From the IMG/VR virus record IMGVR_UViG_3300025435_000016, positions 1 to 64,000 of that record: 64,000 bases of DNA, one strand, 5' to 3'. Source of the DNA: a virus. The translations under genes were made by a program, and so were the position numbers. Shown piece by piece: positions 44,910 to 56,800 of this stretch (positions are counted from its first letter, which is position 1; every line of letters begins with the position of its first letter). A model generated the notes under the pieces. The model was not told the origin of the DNA, did not search any database, and saw only the letters and a program-made list of their open reading frames with translations.

Positions 44910-44970
44910 TTTTTATTTCACCTCCTTTTTGTTTTCTCAATATTGGATACTAATTTTTAGTAATCCACTA

Positions 44971-45168
44971 TTAAATTTTAAAATTTTCTGGAAGAGCGAT
45001 CTCCTCAGGTTGCGGGAGAAGAAAACTATCCGTCTTTGCTTTTCTACTAGTGCTCTTACGCTTGTAGCCAATAAGATAGTGCTTTCCGTTTTGTTCACTC
45101 TTAATAACAGGTACCAATCTTCCCTGTTTAACGAGTTTTTCAATATTACTTGGTGTCATCTTTCCCAT
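44971..45168 (-). CDS. hypothetical protein
   Basis: ORF. Confidence 0.5.
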   Translation of the reverse strand: MGKMTPSNIEKLVKQGRLVPVIKSEQNGKHYLIGYKRKSTSRKAKTDSFLLPQPEEIALPENFKI

Positions 45169-45204
45169 ATGATTCCTTAATGGTATATTGTTTGAAAATA
45201 TAAA

Positions 45205-45471
45205 TCAAGCAGTTTTTGGATATACATCCGAATTTTCTGCAATCTTTACACCTTCGTAAGGAGCAACAACACGACGATAGAATTCAATCTTACAACACTC
45301 TAAAGCTCCTACAATTTCATTGAGCGTATTATAGCAAAGCTTATGATCATCAATGTATTGTTGACAAACTTTGGTGATAAAATAATTCAGTTCACCAGGG
45401 TTTTCAAGATTTGGAAGAGCAGTAAGTGCTTTATTAAACCTTGTTCGATCTTGTTTCTTAATGTAAGGCAT
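45205..45471 (-). CDS. DUF6899-like protein
   Basis: MPYIK...GELNY...KIEFYRRVVAPYE. Confidence 0.7.
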   Translation of the reverse strand: MPYIKKQDRTRFNKALTALPNLENPGELNYFITKVCQQYIDDHKLCYNTLNEIVGALECCKIEFYRRVVAPYEGVKIAENSDVYPKTA

Positions 45472-45545
45472 AAAAACGATACTAGTTTAAACTTTTTTTA
45501 AAATCAAGCTTGAAATTCCTTTTTAGCATACATAATATACATCCA

Positions 45546-46121
45546 ATGAAACATGCCAAGGTAAAGAAACTTCCAAAGCAAACTAAAAAACTATCTTCAA
45601 AAAGAATTGAGGTGGTTGATGAAAGTATTGTAAAGAGTAAGATTATGACCTGTATTGTTACAGGTCTTGAACGACGTGTCTCAAAGGCAGGTATTGCCAA
45701 GGGTAATAAAAAGTTTGGAGGACCTGTTCCTTTCGCTGATCACTATATTAGTAATGAGGCGAAAAGACTTCTTAGACAAAGAATTTCACCAGAAGAAGTA
45801 CAAAAACAACTTCGCCCAGCTAATAAAAAACCGTTCTCTATTGATCATCAAGTCTTAGCTCGCTTAAAACTTCTCAAGAAGCCTAAAAATTCAAAAAGAG
45901 TTACTGAGGAGGAAGCAAGAGAGATTGCTGTAAAATGGGTACCGAAAGAGGCACGTTTTTACTCGAATATAAAGGAATATGTTATGGATAACACAAAAAA
46001 CGGCTCCTGCATTGCTCCTCAACTTTATTTGGATTCTGATAGGGTATGCGATCACTGTAAGTACACTGAGCATTGTCTGTCAACAGTTAAGACTTTTTCT
46101 AAGAGATATAAAGCAGCTTAG
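45546..46121 (+). CDS. TCIVTG-family protein with C-terminal Cys cluster
   Basis: promoter TTGAAA-17-TAATAT at 45510-45538; CIAP...CDHC...C. Confidence 0.6.
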   Translation: MKHAKVKKLPKQTKKLSSKRIEVVDESIVKSKIMTCIVTGLERRVSKAGIAKGNKKFGGPVPFADHYISNEAKRLLRQRISPEEVQKQLRPANKKPFSIDHQVLARLKLLKKPKNSKRVTEEEAREIAVKWVPKEARFYSNIKEYVMDNTKNGSCIAPQLYLDSDRVCDHCKYTEHCLSTVKTFSKRYKAA

Positions 46122-47245
46122 TATCCGTCGTATGTTTTAGAGTATTTTACTCTACGTAATAAATCATCTTCTTTCTTTATTAGAGGAACAGGTACTCTCT
46201 TTTCATATCGAATAGTATAAGTGATAATAATATCACCGATTTCCATGAGGAATGCTAAGAGAAAACAAACAAGAGCAGTTATATCCGCTTGTGTTAGTGC
46301 TGTAAAGGATACTTTAATAATATTATCTGTACCTAGAATTTTAACTGGTTCAAATTTTGTATTAAGATTTGATGCAATTGAAGAAATAAGACTATTTGCA
46401 TCAATTACGGAGAGCTCAAGATCTTTAAAGCTTGTTACCTGGTTAATTGATTTCTTACATGCAACAATCTTACTACCGAGTAATTTATTTGAGTTCTCTA
46501 GAGCTTGAAGCTGTTCTTGAATCTGTTGATCTATAGCATCGTTTTGTTTTTTGATTTCCGTCTTTGTACCTTGAAGCTCTATATCAATTTGTGCTTGAAG
46601 TTTTCTAGCTGTAGCTTGTAGCTCTTTAGCTCTCGGTCCATCGCCTGCCTTGCCCTTGACTCCTTGCTTTTCGTCAAGGACCTCTTGGTTTGCATCTTCC
46701 ACCTGTTGCTTAAGCGCTGTGGATTTAGATAACAGGTTCTTTTCTATCTCTATTTTTTTGTCTCTCCCATTATTATTAATATCGAGTTCCTGCTGTTGAA
46801 TAGCTTTCTTACTCTCAGCTTCAAAATAGGATAAAGTTTCTGTTATTTTTTCTTTACTAGTTTTTAAGCTATCCTGAACTCCGGTTTCAGAGTAAAGACC
46901 GGCAAAATCAAAAATCGTCGGTAAAAGACTAAGAAAGAGACAGAGTATAGCTGCTTTGAAGGGAAATTCCTTTCTACCGAAGAGAATAATTTTTACACAA
47001 TAGGGTAATCCCACAACAGCAATACTAGCTAATGCAATTAAGAACCAATTCCACGAAATGAGAATTACATTTAATGCATGAAAAGCAAAACAATACGCTA
47101 CAAAAATTATAAACCAGTATACTATATCAATAGCGGTAGAGGCTATTTGATTATTTGTTGTGAACCCAAAGATCGTATGATACTGAGATAAAACAGTATT
47201 CTCTGTAACAGCTTCACGTTGAAATAGTTTTTTCAAAAATTCCAC
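46118..47245 (-). CDS. membrane protein with long coiled coil (DUF4407-like)
   Basis: three N-terminal and one C-terminal TM segments; GKAGDGP. Confidence 0.6.
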   Translation of the reverse strand: MEFLKKLFQREAVTENTVLSQYHTIFGFTTNNQIASTAIDIVYWFIIFVAYCFAFHALNVILISWNWFLIALASIAVVGLPYCVKIILFGRKEFPFKAAILCLFLSLLPTIFDFAGLYSETGVQDSLKTSKEKITETLSYFEAESKKAIQQQELDINNNGRDKKIEIEKNLLSKSTALKQQVEDANQEVLDEKQGVKGKAGDGPRAKELQATARKLQAQIDIELQGTKTEIKKQNDAIDQQIQEQLQALENSNKLLGSKIVACKKSINQVTSFKDLELSVIDANSLISSIASNLNTKFEPVKILGTDNIIKVSFTALTQADITALVCFLLAFLMEIGDIIITYTIRYEKRVPVPLIKKEDDLLRRVKYSKTYDGY

Positions 47246-47440
47246 ATCATTATTTAATCGAAGTTAAAAAATAACGTACGTCTTCTCTAAGAATCTCGAT
47301 CTGTTCATGAAACATATGATCAAGAATTAAAAGGATAATTCTCATATTTGTGCCGCGAGGACACGTATATATTTATTCCTTACCTATTAAGTATTCTAGC
47401 CCTCACTATTTTAGAGATTTACCCATAAATAATTCTAACC

Positions 47441-50400
47441 ATGTCCGACAACGCCCGGTTCCATAATAAGCTTCATAGAAAGAATCACCACTCGAATCCA
47501 ACAGGTGGTTATCCTGATTCAGCTACAGATCCTATTGCTTCATACGCTGAACCGTTTCAGGGGGATTTTGTTATTCAGGGTAATCTTAGTGCTTCAGGCT
47601 CAATTTTTACAAATTATTATACGCTTTCTAATATTAGTATACCGCAACCGGTGTTGTCAGCGAATGCAAGCTTTGTACCGACGAATTCTCTTATTGTTCA
47701 GTTAAGTGGAGCAAACTATGCTATTCCGGTTACCCTTCTCAAATATGACGTTTTTGGTAACTATACAGGTGATGTGCCCTATACGAACGGTTCGGTACCT
47801 GTTTACGATTTTACCAATCAGATTACTGTTCTTAGTGGTTTAAGTGCGCTCGGCCCAATCTACGGACCTAGTAGTACAAACTGGAATACAGCTTTTTCAA
47901 TAGCTACAGCTATTAGTACCCAGTATCTTAAGCTTTCAAGTCAAACGTTCTTATTAAATGGTACTCAAATTACGCCTAACTTTGGAACAAATACTGCTTC
48001 AGGTAACTACACCTCAATCTTAGGTGGTAATAATAATCGAGTCTCTGGTAATTACTCAAGTGTCGGCGGTGGTTTAGGTAATACAGCCTCTGGAGCTTAT
48101 TCAAATATCGGGGGCGGAACTGCTAACGTTGCTTCAGGTAATTACACCTTTGTAGGTACTGGATGCACTAACATCGCCACAGGAAGCTATTCTAATGTTG
48201 CAGGTGGTTGTACGAATACAGCACCTGGTGATTACACACATATTGGTGGCGGTTTTGGTAATCAAGCTCTTTCAGCCTTTAATACTGTTCTCGGTGGTTA
48301 TCAAAATATTGCCTCTGGACTTTATTCTAATATCGCTGGTGGCCAATTAAACCAAGCAACCGGTCAGACTTCAAACGTAGCAGGAGGCTGTGGTAACATC
48401 GCTTCAGGAAACTGCTCTACTGTTGTCGGTGGTCAATCGAATTATGCCTCCAACTATACGGCTGTTGTTGTAGGTGGGTTGGGTAATATTGCTTCTGGTT
48501 CAGGTTCTATTATCGGTGGGGGATTGACAAATACAGCATCTGGAACTTATTCAAGTGTTGGTGGTGGTAGAAACTCTACAGCAGTAGGTAATTACACTCA
48601 TATTGCTGGTGGTTATAATAATAACGCTTCTGGTGCTTATTCATTCGTTGCTGCAGGTTCTGCTAATAGCGATTTAGGTTACACAAATACTTTTATTCTT
48701 GGATCAAATCTTAGCGCATCAAAAGCAAATTTTGCTTATGTAAATAACCTCAGCTCTCAAGGAGTTGTTTATGGTGCACATTATGGTGATGGTTCCAATC
48801 TCACTAATACAATAGGTAATAACGTATATACAACTGTTAATGGAAATAGTGCTAATTGGAATAGCACATATACAACTGTTCAATCAAATAGTGCTAGTTG
48901 GAGCGGTACGGTTGCTGTAGCAAATTACGTTGTATCGACGAGCGCTACAAATAATCCTACCTATAATCAAACAACTTATGCGTTAGCATCAGCACAGGCT
49001 CTCATAGCAGTTCCAAGTGTTTCTGGTATTGGTAATATTTTAAACCCTTATGGTATTACTACCTTAGGTAATTGGGCTGCAGATTTAGGTGGCTATGGTA
49101 ATAACGCTACAGGTAATTACTCTATTGTCGCTGGTGGTGCTGGTAATCAATCTATTGGTAATTATTCGGGTGTTTTAGCTGGTGCTAATAACAATGCAAC
49201 AGGAATTAATACATTCATAGGCGGTGGTAACGGTAATACAGCTTCAGGTAATTATTCTATTATTGGTGGTGGTTATGGTAATGTAACTAGTGTATGCCAG
49301 GCTGTAATTCTTGGTGGTTGCTTGAATACAGTATCTGGTAGCGCATCAAATGTTGTTGGTGGCTGTAATAACGTTGTTTCAGGTAACTACTCAGGTATTC
49401 TCGGTGGTCAAAATAATAATGCTTCCGGTAATAATGCCTTTATACTTGGATCAAACATCACATCAACTGTTTCCAATTATACTATTGTTAATAATCTCTC
49501 TTCTTTAGGTAATGTAAATTCACTAAGTGCGTGTACCGGTTATATTAATATTAATCCATTAGGTTTAACACCTACATTTGGTAATTCGGTAGGTCAATTT
49601 ACAACTTGCTCTAATACATATCTACAATTTGCTGGTCAAAATTTATGTAATGGTAATAGCGCATCAACCGATTTTGTAGCTACAGCTGATAACGGATCGA
49701 ATACATCAAACTTCGTTAATTTTGGTATTAATAGTAGTGGTTATACGAATTCAGCTTACAGTATAACTACAGCTCTCGATAGTTACCTTTACAACAGCGG
49801 TGGTAATCTCGCTGTTGGTACAGCTAGCTCAAATGGTAATCTTATCTTACACACTGGTGGTACCCTTAGTACTAATGAACGTGTTAGAATTACAAATACC
49901 GGTCTTGTTGGTATTAATACAACCTCTCCAAACAAAACATTAACTGTTATTGGAGATATTTCAGCAACTGGAATTATCTATAATGACTCTATTGGATATA
50001 CAGCAAATCCTACACTATCGTCTATTGTTCCAGTTTATGGTAGTAATAATATCACAGGTTATAATTCAAATATTGAAGGCGGTACAGGTAATTCAATCAC
50101 CGGTCAATACTCAGTAATAGGTGGTGGTTGTGGTAATACCAATTCAGATACAGGTTCTGTTGTCGCTGGTGGCTTGGGTAATACCGCTTCCGGTCCATAC
50201 ATTGTAATTGGTGGCGGTAACTGCAACAGCGCAACAGGCCGATATAACGTTGTCGAAGGTGGTCAATGTAATACTATTACTACCGGATCGTATTCAAATA
50301 TCAACGGTGGGTTTTACAATACAATTAGCAATAATTACGTTGCAATTAATGGCGGATTTAAGAACAGTGTTCAAGGATGCGCGACTTCAATAGCTGGCGG

Positions 50401-52687
50401 CATAGGTAATACAGCGCTTGGTTCTTATTCTTTCGTTGCCGGTGGTTCTGGAAATTGTATTAATAACAACGTAACTAATGCATTCGTTCTCGGATCAAAT
50501 ATCACTACATCACAATCAAATTTTACATATGTAAACAATTTGACTGCAGCAGGTGTAATCTACGGTATATCATTCTATGGTGATGGGTCTAATCTAGTTA
50601 ATGTAGGTGCTTATAATCTTTGCAGTACATATGCATCTATTAACCCTGTATGTGGTAATAATATTGCTTCAGGAAATTATTCTAGTGTGGCTGGTGGTTG
50701 TACCAATACAGCTTCTGGTAATTATTCAAGCATAGTAGGAGGATGTGGTAATATTGCTTCAGGAAACTACTCATTTATTGCCGGTGGTAGTGGTAACAAC
50801 GTATTAAACGCATCTAATACCTTTATCCTAGGTAGCAACATAACAGCACCAAGCGCTAACTTTACATATGTTAATAATCTCTCCACAAATGGTGTAATAT
50901 GTGGCTCTACAATCTACGGTAATGCTATTTGCGGTACTACATTCTATGGCGATGGTTCGAATCTTAGAAATATTGGTGGTAAGACAGTATATGTAGTAGG
51001 GCCCGGTACATACTCCGTCCAGCCAGTTCAGGGTGGTAATTGCGCCAGTGGTCAATTCTCTGTAATTAATAATGGTAGATCAAATACAGCTTCCGGAAAT
51101 TACTCTATCGTCGATGGTGGTCTTTGCAATACAGCTTCAGGAACATATTCCTTTATTGCTGGGGGTTGCCGTAATAATACAAATAACTTTAGGAATACCT
51201 TTATATTAGGTTCTAATTTATGCGCCGGTCAAGTTAATTTTACATATGTTAATAATCTCTCATCACCAGGTGCCATATTCAGTTCAACATATTTCGGTGA
51301 TGGTACAAATCTAACAGGCATTACTACAACAACAGTTCTCGATAGTTGCATCAATACTGTTAACACAGAAATTAACGCTGTAAGTGCTTCAGTTGTTGCT
51401 CTATCCAACAGTTTGACTGCATACCCAACAACGTCAAACTTCCCGTATACAACCGGTGGTGATGGTACTGCAATTATACCTGCTTCCGGTTATAATACAG
51501 CGTCCGGAATTTATTCGAACATAGGTGGCGGTTATTGCAATTCTATTATTAATTCCGGTAACTACTCGCATATTGGTGGTGGTTATTGCAATACAGCATC
51601 TGGTAATTATACGACCGTTCTCGGTGGTAAGTGTAATACTTCTTCTGGTAGCTGCACTGTAGTCGCTGGTGGTTTACAAAACGTAGCGTGCTGTAATTAC
51701 TCCGGTGTATTTACAGGTACAAGTAACTGCGCTGTATGTGATCTTGACGTTGTACTCGGTGGTAACTTTAATACAGCGTGTGGACTTAATAGCTTTATTA
51801 TCGCTGGTTACAATAATACCGCATCAGGTAATTATTCCGGTATTCTCGGTGGTCAAAATAGCATAGTAAGCTATCCAAACTCATTCATTATCGGTACGGG
51901 ATTAAGTGCCTCACAGGCTAATTACACTTTCGTTAACAATTTAAGTGCACAGGGCATCATAAGTGATGGTACAAGCAATAGCACACAGTGGGGTAATAGA
52001 TCTTATACTTTTGTAAATGCTACCTCTTCTATTCAACCTTTAATTGGTAGTAATGCTGCTTCTGGTCAATTCTCTAGTATTGCCGGTGGGTATAGAAATA
52101 CTACAGTCGGTTTATATTCTAATATTAACGGTGGTACTAATAACCAAGCTCTCAGCTCCTGGGCTACTGTTGGTGGTGGTAATCTTAACCAAGCTCTTAG
52201 TGGTTACAGTGTTGTAGCTGGTGGTTGGTCAAATTGCGCTACCGACTGGGCATCAACTGTTAATGGTGGTTATGGAAATAGAGCTACTGCATCTGGTACA
52301 ACAGTCGGTGGTGGATTGAATAATACATCATCCGGTGTTTATTCACATATTGGTGGTGGCAGAAATAATAGTGTAGCTGGTAATTACGGTGTTATAGTTG
52401 GTGGATACAATAATACTGCTTCAGGAAATTACTCCTTTATTGCAGCTGGCTCAGCAAACTACACTAATTACCCTAATACCTTTATTCTTGGTACTGGATT
52501 GAGCGCTGTTTCTGCAAATTACACTTATGTTAATAACATTAGCGCACAAGGTCGCATATCAACTAACACGTTACAGGTCGCTAGCATCTCTGCAACAAAT
52601 ACAGCAGTAGGCTCTTTAACTGGTAAAATGCCAATTTATAATGCAAGTGGTACTTTACTTGGTTATATTCCAATTTATACAAGTTAA
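47441..52687 (+). CDS. giant fibre protein with multiple YadA-head-like repeat blocks
   Basis: 1748 aa; NTASGNYSxxxGG repeats closed by NTFILG..TYVNNLS; CATAAATA at 47424. Confidence 0.8.
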   Translation: MSDNARFHNKLHRKNHHSNPTGGYPDSATDPIASYAEPFQGDFVIQGNLSASGSIFTNYYTLSNISIPQPVLSANASFVPTNSLIVQLSGANYAIPVTLLKYDVFGNYTGDVPYTNGSVPVYDFTNQITVLSGLSALGPIYGPSSTNWNTAFSIATAISTQYLKLSSQTFLLNGTQITPNFGTNTASGNYTSILGGNNNRVSGNYSSVGGGLGNTASGAYSNIGGGTANVASGNYTFVGTGCTNIATGSYSNVAGGCTNTAPGDYTHIGGGFGNQALSAFNTVLGGYQNIASGLYSNIAGGQLNQATGQTSNVAGGCGNIASGNCSTVVGGQSNYASNYTAVVVGGLGNIASGSGSIIGGGLTNTASGTYSSVGGGRNSTAVGNYTHIAGGYNNNASGAYSFVAAGSANSDLGYTNTFILGSNLSASKANFAYVNNLSSQGVVYGAHYGDGSNLTNTIGNNVYTTVNGNSANWNSTYTTVQSNSASWSGTVAVANYVVSTSATNNPTYNQTTYALASAQALIAVPSVSGIGNILNPYGITTLGNWAADLGGYGNNATGNYSIVAGGAGNQSIGNYSGVLAGANNNATGINTFIGGGNGNTASGNYSIIGGGYGNVTSVCQAVILGGCLNTVSGSASNVVGGCNNVVSGNYSGILGGQNNNASGNNAFILGSNITSTVSNYTIVNNLSSLGNVNSLSACTGYININPLGLTPTFGNSVGQFTTCSNTYLQFAGQNLCNGNSASTDFVATADNGSNTSNFVNFGINSSGYTNSAYSITTALDSYLYNSGGNLAVGTASSNGNLILHTGGTLSTNERVRITNTGLVGINTTSPNKTLTVIGDISATGIIYNDSIGYTANPTLSSIVPVYGSNNITGYNSNIEGGTGNSITGQYSVIGGGCGNTNSDTGSVVAGGLGNTASGPYIVIGGGNCNSATGRYNVVEGGQCNTITTGSYSNINGGFYNTISNNYVAINGGFKNSVQGCATSIAGGIGNTALGSYSFVAGGSGNCINNNVTNAFVLGSNITTSQSNFTYVNNLTAAGVIYGISFYGDGSNLVNVGAYNLCSTYASINPVCGNNIASGNYSSVAGGCTNTASGNYSSIVGGCGNIASGNYSFIAGGSGNNVLNASNTFILGSNITAPSANFTYVNNLSTNGVICGSTIYGNAICGTTFYGDGSNLRNIGGKTVYVVGPGTYSVQPVQGGNCASGQFSVINNGRSNTASGNYSIVDGGLCNTASGTYSFIAGGCRNNTNNFRNTFILGSNLCAGQVNFTYVNNLSSPGAIFSSTYFGDGTNLTGITTTTVLDSCINTVNTEINAVSASVVALSNSLTAYPTTSNFPYTTGGDGTAIIPASGYNTASGIYSNIGGGYCNSIINSGNYSHIGGGYCNTASGNYTTVLGGKCNTSSGSCTVVAGGLQNVACCNYSGVFTGTSNCAVCDLDVVLGGNFNTACGLNSFIIAGYNNTASGNYSGILGGQNSIVSYPNSFIIGTGLSASQANYTFVNNLSAQGIISDGTSNSTQWGNRSYTFVNATSSIQPLIGSNAASGQFSSIAGGYRNTTVGLYSNINGGTNNQALSSWATVGGGNLNQALSGYSVVAGGWSNCATDWASTVNGGYGNRATASGTTVGGGLNNTSSGVYSHIGGGRNNSVAGNYGVIVGGYNNTASGNYSFIAAGSANYTNYPNTFILGTGLSAVSANYTYVNNISAQGRISTNTLQVASISATNTAVGSLTGKMPIYNASGTLLGYIPIYTS

Positions 52688-52704
52688 TAAATAATTAACG
52701 TTGT

Positions 52705-53754
52705 ATGTACACCTTACCTACTGATGCCATAGCTAGTAGTATTATTTTTACTCAATTCTTGGATACATCAAAAGACATTGTTATATCTTTTGATTACGCT
52801 TGTTATGGGCCAGCGCAAACAGGTAGTGAAGGATTTTGTGTATTCTTTACCAATACGTTCGCTCAAAATATTGCAGGTGGTGGACCAGGTCCAGGGTTAG
52901 GCTATGCTACAACAAATGGTGTATATGCAGCTGAAGGTAATTCTAGATATAATAACGATGGTGGCCCGGTTATTTCTGGCATTAGCCAGGGCATATTAGG
53001 AATAGGGTTTGATATTACAGGTAATTTTGGAAGTAATTTATATCTTAGCGGTGGCTCAGCAAAGTTTACTCCAAATTCAATTACATTAAGAGCAGATCAA
53101 GTTAGTAATTTTAATTTTATTACACAAACCCCTGATTTGAGATTTATTCCCGGAATACCGTCAATGAGTATCTATCAACAGGTATCAGGAACAGCTCCTA
53201 CATACAAGAGAGTGAGAATAAGAATGACAGATTACGGTAGCCGTATTATTGTTGATATGAAAAATGTTGGAGATTTAAATTTTGTTAATTATCTCAACTA
53301 TTCTATTTCACTCTATAACAATACAATTACATATAACCCGTTTTTAAGTTCTAATCAACTATTCTTCCCATCATCGTTATGGTGTGGGTTAGCTTTTACA
53401 ACTGGACTTACAACGAATACAACATTTAAAATAAAGAATTTTAATATAAATGGTAATATTACATCAAATATCGGTAATTCTTCTTATACTTACTATTACG
53501 CTGTCGATACAACAACATTAAGCGCTACTTTCAAATATCTGAATACACCTGCATTATTCTCTTACGGTGATACACTTTCCGCCGTGGATACATACGATGG
53601 TGTGAATCCGTATCCAAATACTACAACGAACCCTGCTATTACCGCAAATCCGCTCATTATTGTCAATCCACCAGCAAACGCAGCTCCAGGTAGCGGGGGT
53701 GCACCATATCAATCAGGTGATAGTAATCAATATCTTATTGTAACCCCGCGGTAA
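52705..53754 (+). CDS. legume-lectin/ConA-like virion protein
   Basis: EGFCVFF..GGGPGPGLGY..GIGFDITGNF. Confidence 0.6.
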   Translation: MYTLPTDAIASSIIFTQFLDTSKDIVISFDYACYGPAQTGSEGFCVFFTNTFAQNIAGGGPGPGLGYATTNGVYAAEGNSRYNNDGGPVISGISQGILGIGFDITGNFGSNLYLSGGSAKFTPNSITLRADQVSNFNFITQTPDLRFIPGIPSMSIYQQVSGTAPTYKRVRIRMTDYGSRIIVDMKNVGDLNFVNYLNYSISLYNNTITYNPFLSSNQLFFPSSLWCGLAFTTGLTTNTTFKIKNFNINGNITSNIGNSSYTYYYAVDTTTLSATFKYLNTPALFSYGDTLSAVDTYDGVNPYPNTTTNPAITANPLIIVNPPANAAPGSGGAPYQSGDSNQYLIVTPR

Positions 53755-53807
53755 GGTTATAAAGCCATCAAGATTTTTGTTATTTAGAATAAATAACATT
53801 GTCATAT

Positions 53808-56800
53808 ATGAGTATTGCAGCAACCCTTTCATTAAATCTACCAGCTATTACCGCACTATGTATTGGTACAAGGGGTAGTCAAATTTGGTCAGGCTACGGG
53901 CCAGCGGCAACAGGAGCTTCATCGTTTCAGGTGTTGTCAGGTGATTATTATGTAGATAGAAATACAGGTAATTACTACGGACCGTATACAACAACCTGGG
54001 CAACATCAGCTCTCTTCACGTTAAGCTTTCCTCAAACTGCAATTCCGTTTACCATCTATAATTCCAATAGCTCGTTAGTTGTTCCTGTTTATAATGTCAA
54101 TAATACAATATTATCTGGTAGTAATTACTCAATAATTTTCAGCGGTCAGACTAATACATTATCAGGTTCAAATTTAATTATTTTTGGTGGTTTGAACAAT
54201 GCACTCACTGGTAGTAACTCCTTTGTTTTAGGTTCAAATATTATTGCTGGTTCTGCAATTGATTTTACATTTGTTAATAACCTTTCAAGTACAAATAATA
54301 TCTTTGCATCAAATAATATCACTGCTTTAAACAGCGTTTTTGTAAATGGTGGTAATAGTAATCAATGGAATAATTCCTACACAACTGTTAAAAATACGTC
54401 AGCTAATTGGAGTAACGTATTTACATCAGTTAACAATACATCAGCTAACTGGAATAACTCATATAGTACATTAACAGCAAATTCAGGTACTTGGGTAACA
54501 TATACTGCTCTTACCAACGTTAGTGGTAATTGGCAAAATACCTATACTAATGTCAATTCAAATAGTGCCAACTGGAATAGCTCATATAGCACTTTAACAG
54601 CGAATTCTGGTACATGGGTAACATATACCGCTCTCACTAATGTTAGTGGTAATTGGCAAAATACCTATACTAATGTCAATTCAAATAGTGCTAACTGGAA
54701 TAGTACATATACTACAGTAACCGGTAACTCAGCTACGTGGTATAATACCTATACCACAGTTCAAACTTATAGTGCAGGTTGGTCAAGTGTTACGTCAGCT
54801 TCAGCAGCTACATATACCTTAAACACAAATAATAGCCTATTACCTATTAAGGGCAGTAATACAGCTTTTGGAACTTATTCAAATATCGGTGGTGGTACAA
54901 ATAACGCAAATTGTGCTAACTGCTCAGTAATCGGTGGCGGTGCTTATAATGCTACATATACAGGTAATGCCTATGCAAGTATTGGTGGTGGTTTAGGTCT
55001 TTCTGCTTACGGTAATTTCTCACATATTGGTGGTGGGCAGAACAACTGTATATCAACCGGGGGTGGTAGTTCAAGTATTCTCGGTGGTAATTCAAATTGC
55101 GTATCCGGTCTCGGTAGTACTGTAGTAGGCGGTATGAGTAACTCAGCATCTGGCGTTTATTCATATGTTGCTGGTGGAAGTGGAAATACTGTTACTGCAA
55201 ATAATGCGTTCATCTTAGGTAATAATATTACCGCTACTAATCCAAACACAACATACATTAATAATCTTAGTGCTACAGCTAACGCATATATAGGTGGTAA
55301 AATCGGTGTAGGTACAACGACTGCAACATCGACATTAGCTATAGCTGGACTGGGTCAGAGTTATAATAATGCACCAGGTCTACCACTTTCTTCGATTAAT
55401 ACAAGCGGTTCCTTAGGCAATGCTATAACAGTTGGTGATACTGGGACTGCTGTTGGTAACGGTGGTACAATTCTATTTCAAGCAAATGCAGCACCCGCCG
55501 GTGCAGGACCTGCACCTTGGAACTTTGCAGCAATACACGGTAATGTAACAAATGGTGGGGGTAATTCACAAGGAGATATTGGCTTCTATACAAGAACAAG
55601 TTCTACTGATGCCGTACTGTCAGGTATACCACTTTATATACTGGGTGGTGCTAATTTTGTCGGTATTGGTACCCAAACTCCAAACGTAGCTTTAACTGTT
55701 GTCGGTGCAATAAGTGCGACAGGTTCAATAACTACAAAAAGTAGTGCTACAGTTGGTAATGGACTTACAGTATCTAGTGGTACAGCTTCTTTACAAGGCG
55801 GTGCGACAGTTAGTAGTGGTCTTACCGTGTCTACAGGCGGCTTAACAGTATCAAATGGTACAGCTTCATTACCTCAAACAACAACAAGTGGTATTACATC
55901 TAATGCTGCTAGTTACTTTAATGGTAACGTTGGTATCTTTAAAAGTAATCCAGCGTATCCGCTCGACGTTGTTGGTTCTATTCAAATAGCAGGTGGAAAT
56001 GCTGTAACCGGGTCAACCGGGACATTCTACGCAAATGACCAATCAACAACAGGCTACGCTGCTATTTCACGTAATGCCGGTATTACCAATTTCTACGATA
56101 GTGTCTACGGTACTGGTAGCCCTATTATATCCTATACAACTACCGGCAGTGTTGGTATAAAAGGTTCTCCCGGTACAGGTGTAACTTTTGATGTAACCGG
56201 AAATACAAGAAGTAGTACTGGATATCTAATAGGAACAAATGGTGGGACCTCAGGTCATTATCTTTATGACGCAGGCGCTGGTAGCATTGGATTACGCGCT
56301 TACGGTCCAGGTGGAACCACGTATTTTAGTTTTAATAGTAGCGGTACTTTCTCTGCTTCAAATGGGGGTGGTTATTTTAATGGCAATGTTGGTATTGGTA
56401 CACCATCTCCTTCCTCTCCGTTACATGTTTTCAATACACTTGGCGCCGGTGGTAATGTCGCTCCTTCTCTTACTTACGGTTCAGCTGCTACAACTATTAT
56501 AAACGCCGGTTATCAGGATATTGCCTTTGGTAGTGCTAATACAGCAAGTCCATACGCAGCATGGTTACAAACTCGTACAAATCTAAATAATGCCGGTGTA
56601 TTTTCAATTAACCCGTTAGGTGGGAGTGTTGGTATTGGTACATTGACACCAAATTCAACTTTATCAGTCAATGGTACAATAAGTGCTAGCTCAGCATTAG
56701 GTATGTATAGTAATAATTTACTACTACAAGGTGATGGGAGTAATGCTTATATTAGACCTACTAATAATGGTGGTAGTTTATATCTTGGTCCATATAATAA

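Noticed and set aside
45510-45545. TTG start extension of the 45546 gene
   Set aside because: The TTG is the -35 hexamer of a promoter; ATG at 45546 fits better
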